Positions 37,901 through 47,407 of a stretch of DNA of 64,000 nt are shown here, in pieces. Origin of the DNA: Oceanispirochaeta sp. (GTDB lineage Bacteria > Spirochaetota > Spirochaetia > DSM-2461). The stretch's first letter is position 1. Each line of letters begins with the position of its first letter. The position numbers and the translations under genes are program-made. The notes under the pieces were generated by a model that saw nothing but the letters and a program-made list of their open reading frames with translations, made no database searches and was not told the origin of the DNA. Location: positions 160,001-224,000 of the forward strand of contig CAXXXD010000004.1 in the NCBI GenBank assembly GCA_963663385.2, given 5' to 3'.

Positions 37901-39993
37901 TCCCCGTCCTCCCAGGGCATCATGCTTGTAAAGCGTTCACTGTCCGAGGCCCTGGTCGTTCCGGCATCCTGCATTTCCAGGTAGGAGTACTCTTCCGCCA
38001 GCAACGGATCAAGATCTTTCAGCTGTCCGTAGGCATCCGCGACCTTGTCGTACTCTTCAATCTGATAGCAGGCCCGGGCGATTCCCAGAAGAACTTTGGG
38101 GGAATCCGGTTTGATCCGGTTCACCTGATTGTAGTAATCAAGAGCTTCCGCATAATCTTCGTTCAGGAAATTAATATTGCCGAGATTGACAAGCGAGGGG
38201 AGGAAGTTATTAGAGCTGACCGCTTTTTTAAACTGCTCTTCCGCCTCATCCTTATAGCCGTAGCGGGCATATAAAACGCCCAGCTTATTGTAGTTCCTGG
38301 GATGCGGATCTTCCTCTATCTTCTTTTTCAGAGCTTCAATCTGCGGACGGAGTTCCCTGTCTATAAAAAGGGCATACTCTTTATTGAATGATTCAGTAAC
38401 TTTTTCCGGGTCCGGCATGGTGATATCAGCCTGAGCAATATCAAACCCAACAGGCTTGTACTGTTCCCATGCCTGGTGGGTGGGATAGAATCCGGCTTTC
38501 AGTTTTGCCGCATTTTCCCGCCATTCCTTTGCTCCGATCTGCCAGGCTTTCAGAAACCCGCCCTCGATTTCGGTGATTTCCACGGGGATCCAGGATTTAT
38601 CTTCCATAAAGATCAGATCTTCAGGTCTGGTAAACTGTTTTTCCGCCTCTTTCTGGGTAATCCCCAGAGAAAAAGCCATAAAGATGTGACCAGGTGTAGT
38701 AACAAAGGCGGTTTCCACACCTACCGCTTCCAGAAGGGCGCAGTTCAGAATGGACAGATCATCGCAGTCTCCGGCTTTGTACTCCAGGCTCTGCATGGGG
38801 AACTGGAGAAAGTCCACGGCTCCGGTGTTACCGGCCAGTTCCGAATAGGGGGTGGCCGGATCGATAACGTAGGCCATCCCGTGCTCCCGGAGGGCTGCAT
38901 TGATACCCATGGCCAGAGCCAGATTTCTGTTTACCCCGGAATCTGTATTATCCTTAACAATTCCCGCGGTATTCTTGGCGAACTTCAGAACCACCGAATC
39001 CTTCGCGGTTACAAAAGCGGCGACACGCCGGTCATCGTCCCAGGTAATGGCGTTTCTGTTCTGAATCTCCTGGGTTTCGACCCGCTCTCTTATATAGCTG
39101 TCGTTATTATAGGTATATTTGATACTGATCTGGGCGGAGACCTTGCTGCCTTCGGAAACTTCCAGGATACTGTTGGTAAACAGTCCGTAAAGGCTGATTT
39201 CCATCTCTTCTCCCGGTTCCAGGGTTGTCGGGGCAGTGCATGTTTTCGGGTTGTCCATATACTGTTTCACGTAGTATGTAACCTCTATATCCTTGATTTT
39301 TTTCTTTTCATGATTCCTGAGAACCGCCGTACCGACCGGATTGTCATCGTAGTAGCTGAAAAAAACGGGAAAGACACTATCCAGGTCGACTTTCAGCAGA
39401 TCGAGTCCCTTTCCGGGTTTGTGCTGCAGAACACCGCCCGTTCCGCCTCCCTTTTGGGAGGGGATTATATTGAAAATAAGTCCGGCGTTAACAAACACCT
39501 GGCTTTCCAGGCCCAGATACTGCCGGTAACCCGCGTCAACCCCAACGCCGAATCGGGAGGAGAACAGCACATAGGCTCCCAGGCCGCCTCCTGCATAGGG
39601 GTAGCCGCCCGAATCATCGCCGTTATGCAGAAACCCGTAATAGTAACCGCCCGAACCGAAGGCCCGGATACTCAGAGTCGGTATGGGATTGAGTTCTAGT
39701 CCGAGGCCGGCGCCGAATGCCATTAGGGAGAGTTCCGTAATGTCTGTTCTCAGGGGAACGTAGTTATATCCCACATCCACGCTTGTATACAGGGCCGGAA
39801 AAAAGGGCATGGAAATCTCTCCGGAGATGTTCCCCCCGTAGTTCAGTTCAAACAGGTCCGAATCCTCACCCATCGGAATGTTTGCCCCGGGAGCTACTTT
39901 CAGAGTCAGCAGTGAATTGAATAAACTCTGTGTGAATACAGGGGTTGCAATAACCACCAGGAACAACAGGAAAAAAAGGTCTCTTCTGCGCAT
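37897..39993 (-). CDS. Outer-membrane beta-barrel / transglutaminase-like / TPR multidomain protein (paralog B)
   Basis: Start at ATG 39993 (GGAGG RBS; MRRRDLFF signal peptide); Gly/aromatic beta-strand region; FPVFFSYY, DFLQFP.QSL....GDCDDLS, PGHIF, WIPVEIT; TPRs (YNKLGVLYARYG, NLGNI). Confidence 0.8.
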   Translation of the reverse strand: MRRRDLFFLLFLVVIATPVFTQSLFNSLLTLKVAPGANIPMGEDSDLFELNYGGNISGEISMPFFPALYTSVDVGYNYVPLRTDITELSLMAFGAGLGLELNPIPTLSIRAFGSGGYYYGFLHNGDDSGGYPYAGGGLGAYVLFSSRFGVGVDAGYRQYLGLESQVFVNAGLIFNIIPSQKGGGTGGVLQHKPGKGLDLLKVDLDSVFPVFFSYYDDNPVGTAVLRNHEKKKIKDIEVTYYVKQYMDNPKTCTAPTTLEPGEEMEISLYGLFTNSILEVSEGSKVSAQISIKYTYNNDSYIRERVETQEIQNRNAITWDDDRRVAAFVTAKDSVVLKFAKNTAGIVKDNTDSGVNRNLALAMGINAALREHGMAYVIDPATPYSELAGNTGAVDFLQFPMQSLEYKAGDCDDLSILNCALLEAVGVETAFVTTPGHIFMAFSLGITQKEAEKQFTRPEDLIFMEDKSWIPVEITEIEGGFLKAWQIGAKEWRENAAKLKAGFYPTHQAWEQYKPVGFDIAQADITMPDPEKVTESFNKEYALFIDRELRPQIEALKKKIEEDPHPRNYNKLGVLYARYGYKDEAEEQFKKAVSSNNFLPSLVNLGNINFLNEDYAEALDYYNQVNRIKPDSPKVLLGIARACYQIEEYDKVADAYGQLKDLDPLLAEEYSYLEMQDAGTTRASDSERFTSMMPWEDGE

Positions 39994-40253
39994 TTCAATC
40001 CTCCAAATGACAACTGAATAATGCTGTTCATATAAAAGGGAAAATGCAGAAAAAGAATGAGGGGGAAGCAGGATCAAAGCGAGTAAGACAACCTGTATCA
40101 ATGCACAATACATTTTACCGCTTTCAGATAATTATAAACCATGTTATTGAGGGTTACAAATCAAACCACTTCTATCTATTGATGGACAGGCATTCATAAT
40201 GCTATCCTGATCCCGGATTTGTTAATAATGAACATTGTAAAAAAAACGGGGTA

Positions 40254-42716
40254 GTGGGGCATATGGAAGGACATATAAGATATCGTTGGAAACAGTTCTA
40301 TGTTCTTTCCTTCTTCTTTATAATTCCGATGGCTGTTCTCTGTCTGTCCGGCTGCAGGCTTGGCTCTGATGATCCGAAGGTTGTCGAATCCCTTGTGGTC
40401 AGCTGGACCTCCTACGAAGAGGACGATGGCTCTATCATCCTCAGCTGGACTTCATCCGGGGGAAAAGACGGACACCGTTATATTCTGCAGCGTCTGACCG
40501 CCGAATCCGACTGGCTTCCCGAAGAGGATGTCCTTTATTCGGACGGGGACTCCTCCATCCCCGGACTGCTGTACGCCGGGACGGATATTACCTATACGGA
40601 TTCTACGGTTATTGCCGGGAAGAGTTATTACTACCGTCTGTTTGTGGTAGACGGCAAACTGAATTATGCCGATCCTGTCACCGTCACCATTTCGATTCCG
40701 GCAGCGGATACCAACGACGATACGGATACAGACTCTGAAACAGATACGGATGATACGGGTGGGATTTCTACCGTTGAAGCCCCGCGACTGCTGAGCATAA
40801 GCCAGAAGTCCTACTATACCAGCCTCAGCTGGGAGGGGTCCGGTACGGATACGGCCGGTTATATTATTGCCCGGTCGGAATCCGATATAACCTGGGTTCC
40901 GGTCAACGGCGCTTCCTACTCATCAGGAGACACTCTTACGGATGCCACTGTTGTGTATAACGGGACAGACAGTTCCTATAACGATACGGATGTTATTGAC
41001 GGGCACGAGTACCACTATAAAATTTTCGCGTACAACTCCGACAATCTCTATTCCTACGGTTTATCGGTACAGCTGCTGTTCGAAGATGAATCGGATCTGC
41101 TCTTTGACCGTTTTCCCTGGGTGGATAATTATATTATCTATTACGGCGCTCTGGACTCCCAGGCCATCAGCACTCTCAAGGAGTATGATATGGCCATTAT
41201 TCATCCCACGAATAATCACATTACCCGGGACCAGGTCCGGCAGGTACAGCGGGGGAAAAACTCCGCGGATCCTTCGGATGATGTTCTGGTAATTGCCTAT
41301 GTGGCTGTGGGAGAAGATCTGCGGACAGCGCCATTTTTCCAGGGAGCAGGGAATCCTCCCAATTATACTGCTATGCAGGCGGATGAGCGTTTTGTCCGGA
41401 ACGGTATCGGTCCCCGGGTCGATCCAAGAGGGCCGAAACCGAACGGGGATACCCTGGAGTACAACTACTCTATCGGCAGTATCAGTCCCGGGGGCAGCGG
41501 GTTTGCCAGTTACTACCTGGACGATAATGATGTGGTCAATAACTTCCTTGATGGGAGTCATGTGATAGATGGGAAGCCGGATTTTAATGACTCCTGGGGC
41601 TGTGCCTTTGTGAATGCGGGGGATCCCCTGTGGTTTCAGGAGGTGGATCAGATGCGCTATGCCTCAGACGGCGTATTCGGATTGCAGGAACTTTTGACTA
41701 CAACCGTCGGGGAAGGGCTCGGGGTGGACGGGATCTTTATGGATGCCATGGATACCTTCGAACCCAATAGCTGGACCAGTCTGGCCGAAAAAGAAGCCGG
41801 GACCTGTGTCGTTCAATGTGAATTCGAGTGGACGGCTCCCGGATTTGCCGATTTTATCCGACGGCTGAAAGAGAAATACCCCGACAAAATTGTGGTGCAG
41901 AACCGGGCAGTCTATCTGTTTCGCAGCGGGTTTACACAGAAGTATCTGTATTATACCTCCCGCCCCTATATTGATTTTCTGATGTTTGAGAGTTTTCGAT
42001 TGGATTCTGCACCCAATGATCTAGGATACGACAGTAACATTTATCCTGATAACCGCTACAATTATGCTCCAGCCATCCTGGCGGAGGCCGCACGGGATGA
42101 TGGTTTTCAGGTTCTCTCCCTAGGCTATGCGGAAGACAAAAACGGAAACTTGAAGAGTGATCTGGATGCAGGAATTTACAACTCTTCTCTGGAGGAAGAT
42201 ATTAAGGTAACCCAGAATATAGGATTTCGGCACTACTTGACTCTTAATGGAGCTGTGACGCATCTAAATACCTATGTGCTTGATTATGGAGACTGGTCGG
42301 ATACAGCGGCCCCTAAATGGAGTTCCGTGTACAATGCCCACTCCCCCGGCGAAGCGACACCCCGTTACGGCTTGTTAAAGGCTGAAGGCGTCGGCGGCGG
42401 GAAGATCAAAGTGTATTGGGATGTCGCCCTTGATAAGTATCCCGTGGACTATTATCTGTATTACGATACGGCCGAACTGGATTTTACAGGAAATCCTGAA
42501 TTAAACGGGATTCGCCATGTGAAGCTTTCCCCCCGGATTCCGGAGGAGTACCAGACTCATACCGGAGCTTTGGATAACAGTTTTTACCCTTTTTACGATG
42601 TGGTAGACGGTTTTACTCCCGGTACGACCTACTACCTCTGTATCCGGGCGGTGGATCGGTCGCCCAACCAGAATATGGACACAAATACGTCCACCCTTTT
42701 TCTTACCGTATTCTGA
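40254..42716 (+). CDS. Lipoprotein with FN3-like domains and a GH114/PelA-like glycoside hydrolase domain
   Basis: Lipobox CLSGC; two LSW...YTD...YYY.LF modules; YYG...YDMAII, VIAYVAVGED, DGIFMDAMDT, VVQNR, LMFES; C-terminal FN3 (YYLCIRAVD); start uncertain (GTG 40254 or ATG 40263). Confidence 0.7.
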   Translation: MGHMEGHIRYRWKQFYVLSFFFIIPMAVLCLSGCRLGSDDPKVVESLVVSWTSYEEDDGSIILSWTSSGGKDGHRYILQRLTAESDWLPEEDVLYSDGDSSIPGLLYAGTDITYTDSTVIAGKSYYYRLFVVDGKLNYADPVTVTISIPAADTNDDTDTDSETDTDDTGGISTVEAPRLLSISQKSYYTSLSWEGSGTDTAGYIIARSESDITWVPVNGASYSSGDTLTDATVVYNGTDSSYNDTDVIDGHEYHYKIFAYNSDNLYSYGLSVQLLFEDESDLLFDRFPWVDNYIIYYGALDSQAISTLKEYDMAIIHPTNNHITRDQVRQVQRGKNSADPSDDVLVIAYVAVGEDLRTAPFFQGAGNPPNYTAMQADERFVRNGIGPRVDPRGPKPNGDTLEYNYSIGSISPGGSGFASYYLDDNDVVNNFLDGSHVIDGKPDFNDSWGCAFVNAGDPLWFQEVDQMRYASDGVFGLQELLTTTVGEGLGVDGIFMDAMDTFEPNSWTSLAEKEAGTCVVQCEFEWTAPGFADFIRRLKEKYPDKIVVQNRAVYLFRSGFTQKYLYYTSRPYIDFLMFESFRLDSAPNDLGYDSNIYPDNRYNYAPAILAEAARDDGFQVLSLGYAEDKNGNLKSDLDAGIYNSSLEEDIKVTQNIGFRHYLTLNGAVTHLNTYVLDYGDWSDTAAPKWSSVYNAHSPGEATPRYGLLKAEGVGGGKIKVYWDVALDKYPVDYYLYYDTAELDFTGNPELNGIRHVKLSPRIPEEYQTHTGALDNSFYPFYDVVDGFTPGTTYYLCIRAVDRSPNQNMDTNTSTLFLTVF

Positions 42717-42864
42717 TCCATAACAGCTTGTTCTTCTGATTTAAACTTTCTTCCCAATGGAAGAGAGTTGTTGCTCTGGTATGCTGTGTTCATATTTAAT
42801 TCATTATAGAAAAGGACAATGCTGCTTCGAGCATTCTATCATTTAATTGTAATCAAAGCCGCAC

Positions 42865-42917
42865 TTGACATATCCCTAATACAGCTATTTAATAAAGCTA
42901 TTAAATAGCTGTATTAG
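42865..42917 (+). promoter_or_regulatory. Sigma70-type promoter overlapped by a 42-bp inverted-repeat operator
   Basis: TTGACA 42865-42870, 17 bp, TTTAAT 42888-42893; perfect 19-bp arms CTAATACAGCTATTTAATA-AAGC-TATTAAATAGCTGTATTAG at 42876-42917. Confidence 0.8.
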
Positions 42918-42929
42918 AGGTGAGCCGAA

Positions 42930-43571
42930 ATGAGTCCAAAAGAAAATTTAAATAAAAAGGACATGGAGGAGATTATCCTCAAGGCCGCGGAAGAAACCTT
43001 TCTGGAAAAGGGATACGCCCTGGCCTCCACAACGGAAATCGCCAAAAGGGCAGGGTGCAATCAAACCCTGGTGCACTACTATTTCAGAACCAAGGAAAAG
43101 CTCTTCGAAGCCTGTTTCGAAAAGGTGGTCGCCCTTTTTTTCTCATCCTTTCAGTGGCGGAAAGAGCAGGATCAGCCCTTCCTGGAGAAATTCCGGAAGC
43201 TATCGGATGCCCATTTTGAAACTCTGCTTGCCAATCAGAAGATCCCCTTTCTGCTGCTGAATGAACTGACCACAAATCCCGGACGGATTCGGCAGGTTAA
43301 GCAGAAGTTCCGGGATAAGGCTCTGCTGCTCTACAATCAGGTTGTCGCCGATATCGAGTCGGCTGTCTGCCAGGGTGAGATCAGAAAAATAGAGCCCTTT
43401 GAACTGCTTTTCTCCATGGCGTCTCTGAATGTCTCCGTTTTTCTGTTGAGACCTGTACTGCAGGAAGTGGTAAATATGGGAGAGGAGGACTTCCAGGCCT
43501 TTGCCCGGAAAAGGAAAAAAGAGAATATGGATATTATTCTGCACCGTCTTACTGTAGTGAAGGAGGGATGA
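42930..43571 (+). CDS. TetR/AcrR-family regulator
   Basis: IILKAAEETFLEKGY..STTEIAKRAGCNQTLVHYYFRTKEKLF. Confidence 0.93.
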   Translation: MSPKENLNKKDMEEIILKAAEETFLEKGYALASTTEIAKRAGCNQTLVHYYFRTKEKLFEACFEKVVALFFSSFQWRKEQDQPFLEKFRKLSDAHFETLLANQKIPFLLLNELTTNPGRIRQVKQKFRDKALLLYNQVVADIESAVCQGEIRKIEPFELLFSMASLNVSVFLLRPVLQEVVNMGEEDFQAFARKRKKENMDIILHRLTVVKEG

Positions 43572-44824
43572 AAATGAAAAAGGCCCTGCCTGTGCTGTTC
43601 CTGCTGTTCTGTACTTCTCTGTCCGCCCAGATAACCCTGGATCAGTGCCAGGATAAAGCTCTCGAAAACTACCCCTCTCTCAGACAGTCCGGATTAATTG
43701 AAGAAGCGAAAGGATACTCCCTGAGCGCAGCCAATACAAACTACCTGCCTCATATAAAATTCTCCGGAAAAGCCAGTTACCAGTCTGAAGTTACCGAATT
43801 ATCCATCCCCGGGATGCCTGTGGACCCCCTGTCAAAGGATCAGTACCAGATTAAGGTCGAAGTATCCCAGTCCCTCTGGGACGGAGGAATAACGGCCTCC
43901 CGGAAGAAGATTATTGAGGCTTCTTCCAGGCTGGAACGGGAAGTGCTTGATATCGAGCTGTACTCTCTGAAAGAGCAGGTGAATCAGATCTTCTTCGGGA
44001 TTCTGCTGCTGGAAGAGAGGCTGAATCAGAATGCCCTGCTGCAGGAAGAGCTGGAAACAAACTTTAAAAGGGTCTTATCCCTTCAGAATTATGGAATGGC
44101 GACAGAATCCGATCTGAATATCATCAGGGTGGAGAAGCTGAATGCGATTCAGTCTGAGACCGATCTGAGGCAGGGGATTCTGTCCTACAGAATGATGTTA
44201 TCCCGGATGACGGGAGAGCCCCTGGCAGAATCCGCTGTTTTCATAAGGCCTTCAGGAGAGGGCCTCTCCCCGGGCAGTGAGGCTGTCAACCGACCGGAAG
44301 TCTCTATGTACAATGCCCGGATCGATCTGCTGGAAGCTCAAAAGGATCTTGTTTTCTCACAGAAGATGCCCCAGCTTAGCGCCTTTGTTCAGGGCGGTTA
44401 CGGCAGGCCGGGACTGAATATGATGGATGACAGTTTCAGATCCTTCTATATTGCGGGGGTGCAGTTTTACTGGTCTCTGGACGGATTCTATACAAGCCGC
44501 AGCGATCTGGCATCCATCGAGGTGGATAAACAGCTTGTTCAGACAGAGATCGACCGATTTCTATATAACACGGGACTGCAGGCGGTTTCCCGGCAGTCGG
44601 AGATAGAACGTCTGAAACTGCTGATATGGAAGGATGATGAAATCATTGCCCTGCGCAGCGGGATAAAGAAAGATGCGCAGATCAAACTGGAAAACGGCAC
44701 CATCACGATCAATGACCTGATAAGAGAGATTACTGCAGAGAATCTGGCCAGACAGACAAAGTCCCTCCATGAGATTCAGCTTCTGCAGTCTCTCTACGCC
44801 CTCAACTTTACAACGAACAATTAA
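43568..44824 (+). CDS. TolC-family outer membrane efflux protein
   Basis: Signal peptide, ALENYP, NYLP, QSLWDGG, second repeat MPQLS...GGYG. Confidence 0.88.
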   Translation: MKMKKALPVLFLLFCTSLSAQITLDQCQDKALENYPSLRQSGLIEEAKGYSLSAANTNYLPHIKFSGKASYQSEVTELSIPGMPVDPLSKDQYQIKVEVSQSLWDGGITASRKKIIEASSRLEREVLDIELYSLKEQVNQIFFGILLLEERLNQNALLQEELETNFKRVLSLQNYGMATESDLNIIRVEKLNAIQSETDLRQGILSYRMMLSRMTGEPLAESAVFIRPSGEGLSPGSEAVNRPEVSMYNARIDLLEAQKDLVFSQKMPQLSAFVQGGYGRPGLNMMDDSFRSFYIAGVQFYWSLDGFYTSRSDLASIEVDKQLVQTEIDRFLYNTGLQAVSRQSEIERLKLLIWKDDEIIALRSGIKKDAQIKLENGTITINDLIREITAENLARQTKSLHEIQLLQSLYALNFTTNN

Positions 44825-44834
44825 GGATGCGGAT

Positions 44835-45749
44835 ATGAAAAAAATACCACTGATTTTAACGACTGTTTCAGCCATGCTGCTATCTTCCTGTGCTGATACC
44901 GAAGGGCGTATTGATGCTTCCGGATCATTTGAAGCCGTTGAGATTACTGTTTCCGCCGAAGCTTCAGGCAAGATAGATTCCTTTGATATTTTCGAAGGGG
45001 ATTCTGTCGAAGACGGTCAGGTTCTGGGACAGATAGAAACAACGCTTTTAGCCCTTAAAAAAGAGCAGCTTCTCTCCAGCAGGGAGGGGATGAAAAGCCG
45101 GCTTGTGGACGTTCCTGTACAAACCGCTGCACTGCGCCAGCAGCTGGACACCCTTGAATCGGAAAAGGTACGGATTGAGAATCTGCTCAGGTCCGATGCG
45201 GTCAATACCAAGCAGCTGGATGATATCAATGCACAGCTGGCCATGACGGAAAAGCAGCTCCAGGCTCAGACGGTCTCTCTGAACAACGGGAACAGTGCTC
45301 TCCGGAATGAGATGGCAGCCCTGGACAGTCAGATCGCCCAACTGGATGAACAGATCGGGAATGCCGCTATTACCAGTCCTCTGAACGGTACGGTACTGGT
45401 CAAGTATGCGGAAAAAGGGGAATTCACAACAAACGGAAAGGCCCTGATTAAAATTGCGGATCTGGATCAGATGTTTTTAAGAGCCTATATCACTGCCGGA
45501 CAGCTCAGCCGGATCAGACTGGGGCAGACGGTAAAAGTCCTGTCCGATTTCGGTGAAAAAGGTTTCCGGGAGTATACAGGCCGTGTCACATGGATTTCCG
45601 ATAAGGCGGAGTTTACACCCAAAACTGTTCAGACCCGGGATGAAAGAGCCAACCTCAGCTACGCGGTAAAAGTCTCTGTTCCCAATGACGGGTTTATCAA
45701 GATAGGAATGTACGGCGGGATTATCCTGAACGACGGGATGCCGGAGTAA
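44835..45749 (+). CDS. HlyD-family periplasmic adaptor (lipoprotein)
   Basis: Start at ATG 44835 (MKKIPLIL, LLSSC); VSAEASGKI..EGD.V, ITSPLNGTV, AEFTPKTVQT.DER, KIGMY. Confidence 0.9.
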   Translation: MKKIPLILTTVSAMLLSSCADTEGRIDASGSFEAVEITVSAEASGKIDSFDIFEGDSVEDGQVLGQIETTLLALKKEQLLSSREGMKSRLVDVPVQTAALRQQLDTLESEKVRIENLLRSDAVNTKQLDDINAQLAMTEKQLQAQTVSLNNGNSALRNEMAALDSQIAQLDEQIGNAAITSPLNGTVLVKYAEKGEFTTNGKALIKIADLDQMFLRAYITAGQLSRIRLGQTVKVLSDFGEKGFREYTGRVTWISDKAEFTPKTVQTRDERANLSYAVKVSVPNDGFIKIGMYGGIILNDGMPE

Positions 45750-45759
45750 GAGCGATCAG

Positions 45760-46671
45760 ATGATACACGCACGGGATATATCAAAACAGTATGGTTCCCT
45801 TAAGGCTCTGGACAGCCTCAGCTTCAGCGTGAAAGAGGGGGAAATCTTCGGAATTATCGGGCCCGACGGCGCCGGCAAAACAACCCTGTTCCGGATTCTG
45901 ACTACCCTGCTTCTGGCGGACAGGGGGGAGATCACCCTGAATGGTCTGGATGTTGTGAAGGATTTCCGCTCCATACGGAAGATTATCGGGTATATGCCCG
46001 GGAAATTCTCCCTGTATCAGGATCTGACCGTAGAGGAGAATCTGGATTTTTTTGCTACCGTATTTAATACCACCATTGAAGAGAACTATCACCTGATCAG
46101 GGATATCTATGTACAGATTGAACCTTTTAAAACACGGAAGGCAGGGGCCCTTTCGGGAGGTATGAAGCAGAAACTGGCCCTCTGCTGCGCCCTGATTCAC
46201 TACCCGAGAATACTGTTTCTGGATGAGCCGACGACCGGCGTGGATCCCGTCTCCCGGGCCGAGTTCTGGGATATGCTGCTTTCTCTCAGGAAAAGGGGGC
46301 TGACCATAGCGGTTTCCACTCCCTATATGGATGAGGCCGGAAGGTGTGACAGGATCGCCCTGATTCAAAAGGGCAGCTTCCTCCGAATCGATACCCCCGA
46401 AAATATTACAAACCGGTTTCATCTGACTCTGATGGCTGTAAAAAGTGATGCCATGTATCCTCTGCTGAAAGATTTGAGGTCTATTGAAGAAGTGGAGAGC
46501 TGCTTTTCCTTTGGAGACTCCCATCATATAAGTTTTGAACCCGGCACTCTTAAACAGGAATCCATAGAAAGGCTTCTCAGGGATAAGGGCCACACCGGGA
46601 TAGAGGTTCTCCCGATCAGTGCGGGTATCGAGGACTGCTTTATGAATCTTGCCGGAGAGGAAACCCTATGA
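45760..46671 (+). CDS. ABC transporter ATP-binding protein
   Basis: GPDGAGKTT, LSGGMKQK, LDEPTTGVDP. Confidence 0.95.
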   Translation: MIHARDISKQYGSLKALDSLSFSVKEGEIFGIIGPDGAGKTTLFRILTTLLLADRGEITLNGLDVVKDFRSIRKIIGYMPGKFSLYQDLTVEENLDFFATVFNTTIEENYHLIRDIYVQIEPFKTRKAGALSGGMKQKLALCCALIHYPRILFLDEPTTGVDPVSRAEFWDMLLSLRKRGLTIAVSTPYMDEAGRCDRIALIQKGSFLRIDTPENITNRFHLTLMAVKSDAMYPLLKDLRSIEEVESCFSFGDSHHISFEPGTLKQESIERLLRDKGHTGIEVLPISAGIEDCFMNLAGEETL

Positions 46672-47405
46672 GCGTCATTACAGCGGAAAACCTGACCAAA
46701 AAGTTCGGAAATTTCACAGCCGTGGATAATATCACCTTTTCTGTGGACAGGGGGGAGATCTTTGGTTTTCTGGGGGCCAATGGAGCGGGGAAAACAACGG
46801 CCATGCGCATGCTCTGCGGTCTGAGTATTCCCTCCGGGGGAACGGGGAGTGTCGCCGGATTTGATATTTACTCTCAAACGGAAGAGATTAAAAGGAATAT
46901 CGGTTACATGAGCCAGAAGTTCTCATTATACGAGGACCTTACGGTCAGAGAAAATATCCGCCTGTTTGCGGGAATCTATGGTATCAGCAGCAAAGAGATT
47001 CCTCTCCGGACGGACCGGATGCTGCGGAAACTGGGGTTTCTGGAAGAGAAGAACACCCTTGTTAAGAGGCTTCCTCTGGGGTGGAAGCAGAAACTGGCAT
47101 TTTCGGTAGCTATCTTCCATCAGCCCAAGCTGGTTTTTCTGGATGAACCGACCGGAGGGGTCGACCCGGCTGCCCGGAGGCAGTTCTGGGAGTTGATTTA
47201 TGATGCGGCCGAGAGCGGTATTACCGTTTTTGTAACGACTCACTATATGGATGAAGCGGAGTATTGTAACAGGGTTTCCATAATGGTGGACGGTAGAATT
47301 GAAGCTCTGGACAGCCCCCGGAAACTGAAGGAACAGTTCCGCAGTGCTTCCATGGACGGGGTGTTTCAGATCCTGGCCAGAGGCGCCGTAAGGCAGGGGG
47401 ATTAG
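46668..47405 (+). CDS. ABC transporter ATP-binding protein (YbhF second-half type)
   Basis: GANGAGKTT, LPLGWKQK, LDEPTGGVDP, TTHYMDEAE. Confidence 0.95.
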   Translation: MSVITAENLTKKFGNFTAVDNITFSVDRGEIFGFLGANGAGKTTAMRMLCGLSIPSGGTGSVAGFDIYSQTEEIKRNIGYMSQKFSLYEDLTVRENIRLFAGIYGISSKEIPLRTDRMLRKLGFLEEKNTLVKRLPLGWKQKLAFSVAIFHQPKLVFLDEPTGGVDPAARRQFWELIYDAAESGITVFVTTHYMDEAEYCNRVSIMVDGRIEALDSPRKLKEQFRSASMDGVFQILARGAVRQGD

Positions 47406-47407
47406 GA

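Noticed and set aside
39994..40113. Longer ORF-track starts (40113, also 2276, 17782, 44769, 52638, 59767, 61999)
   Set aside because: Downstream starts have better RBS, signal-peptide position or operon spacing
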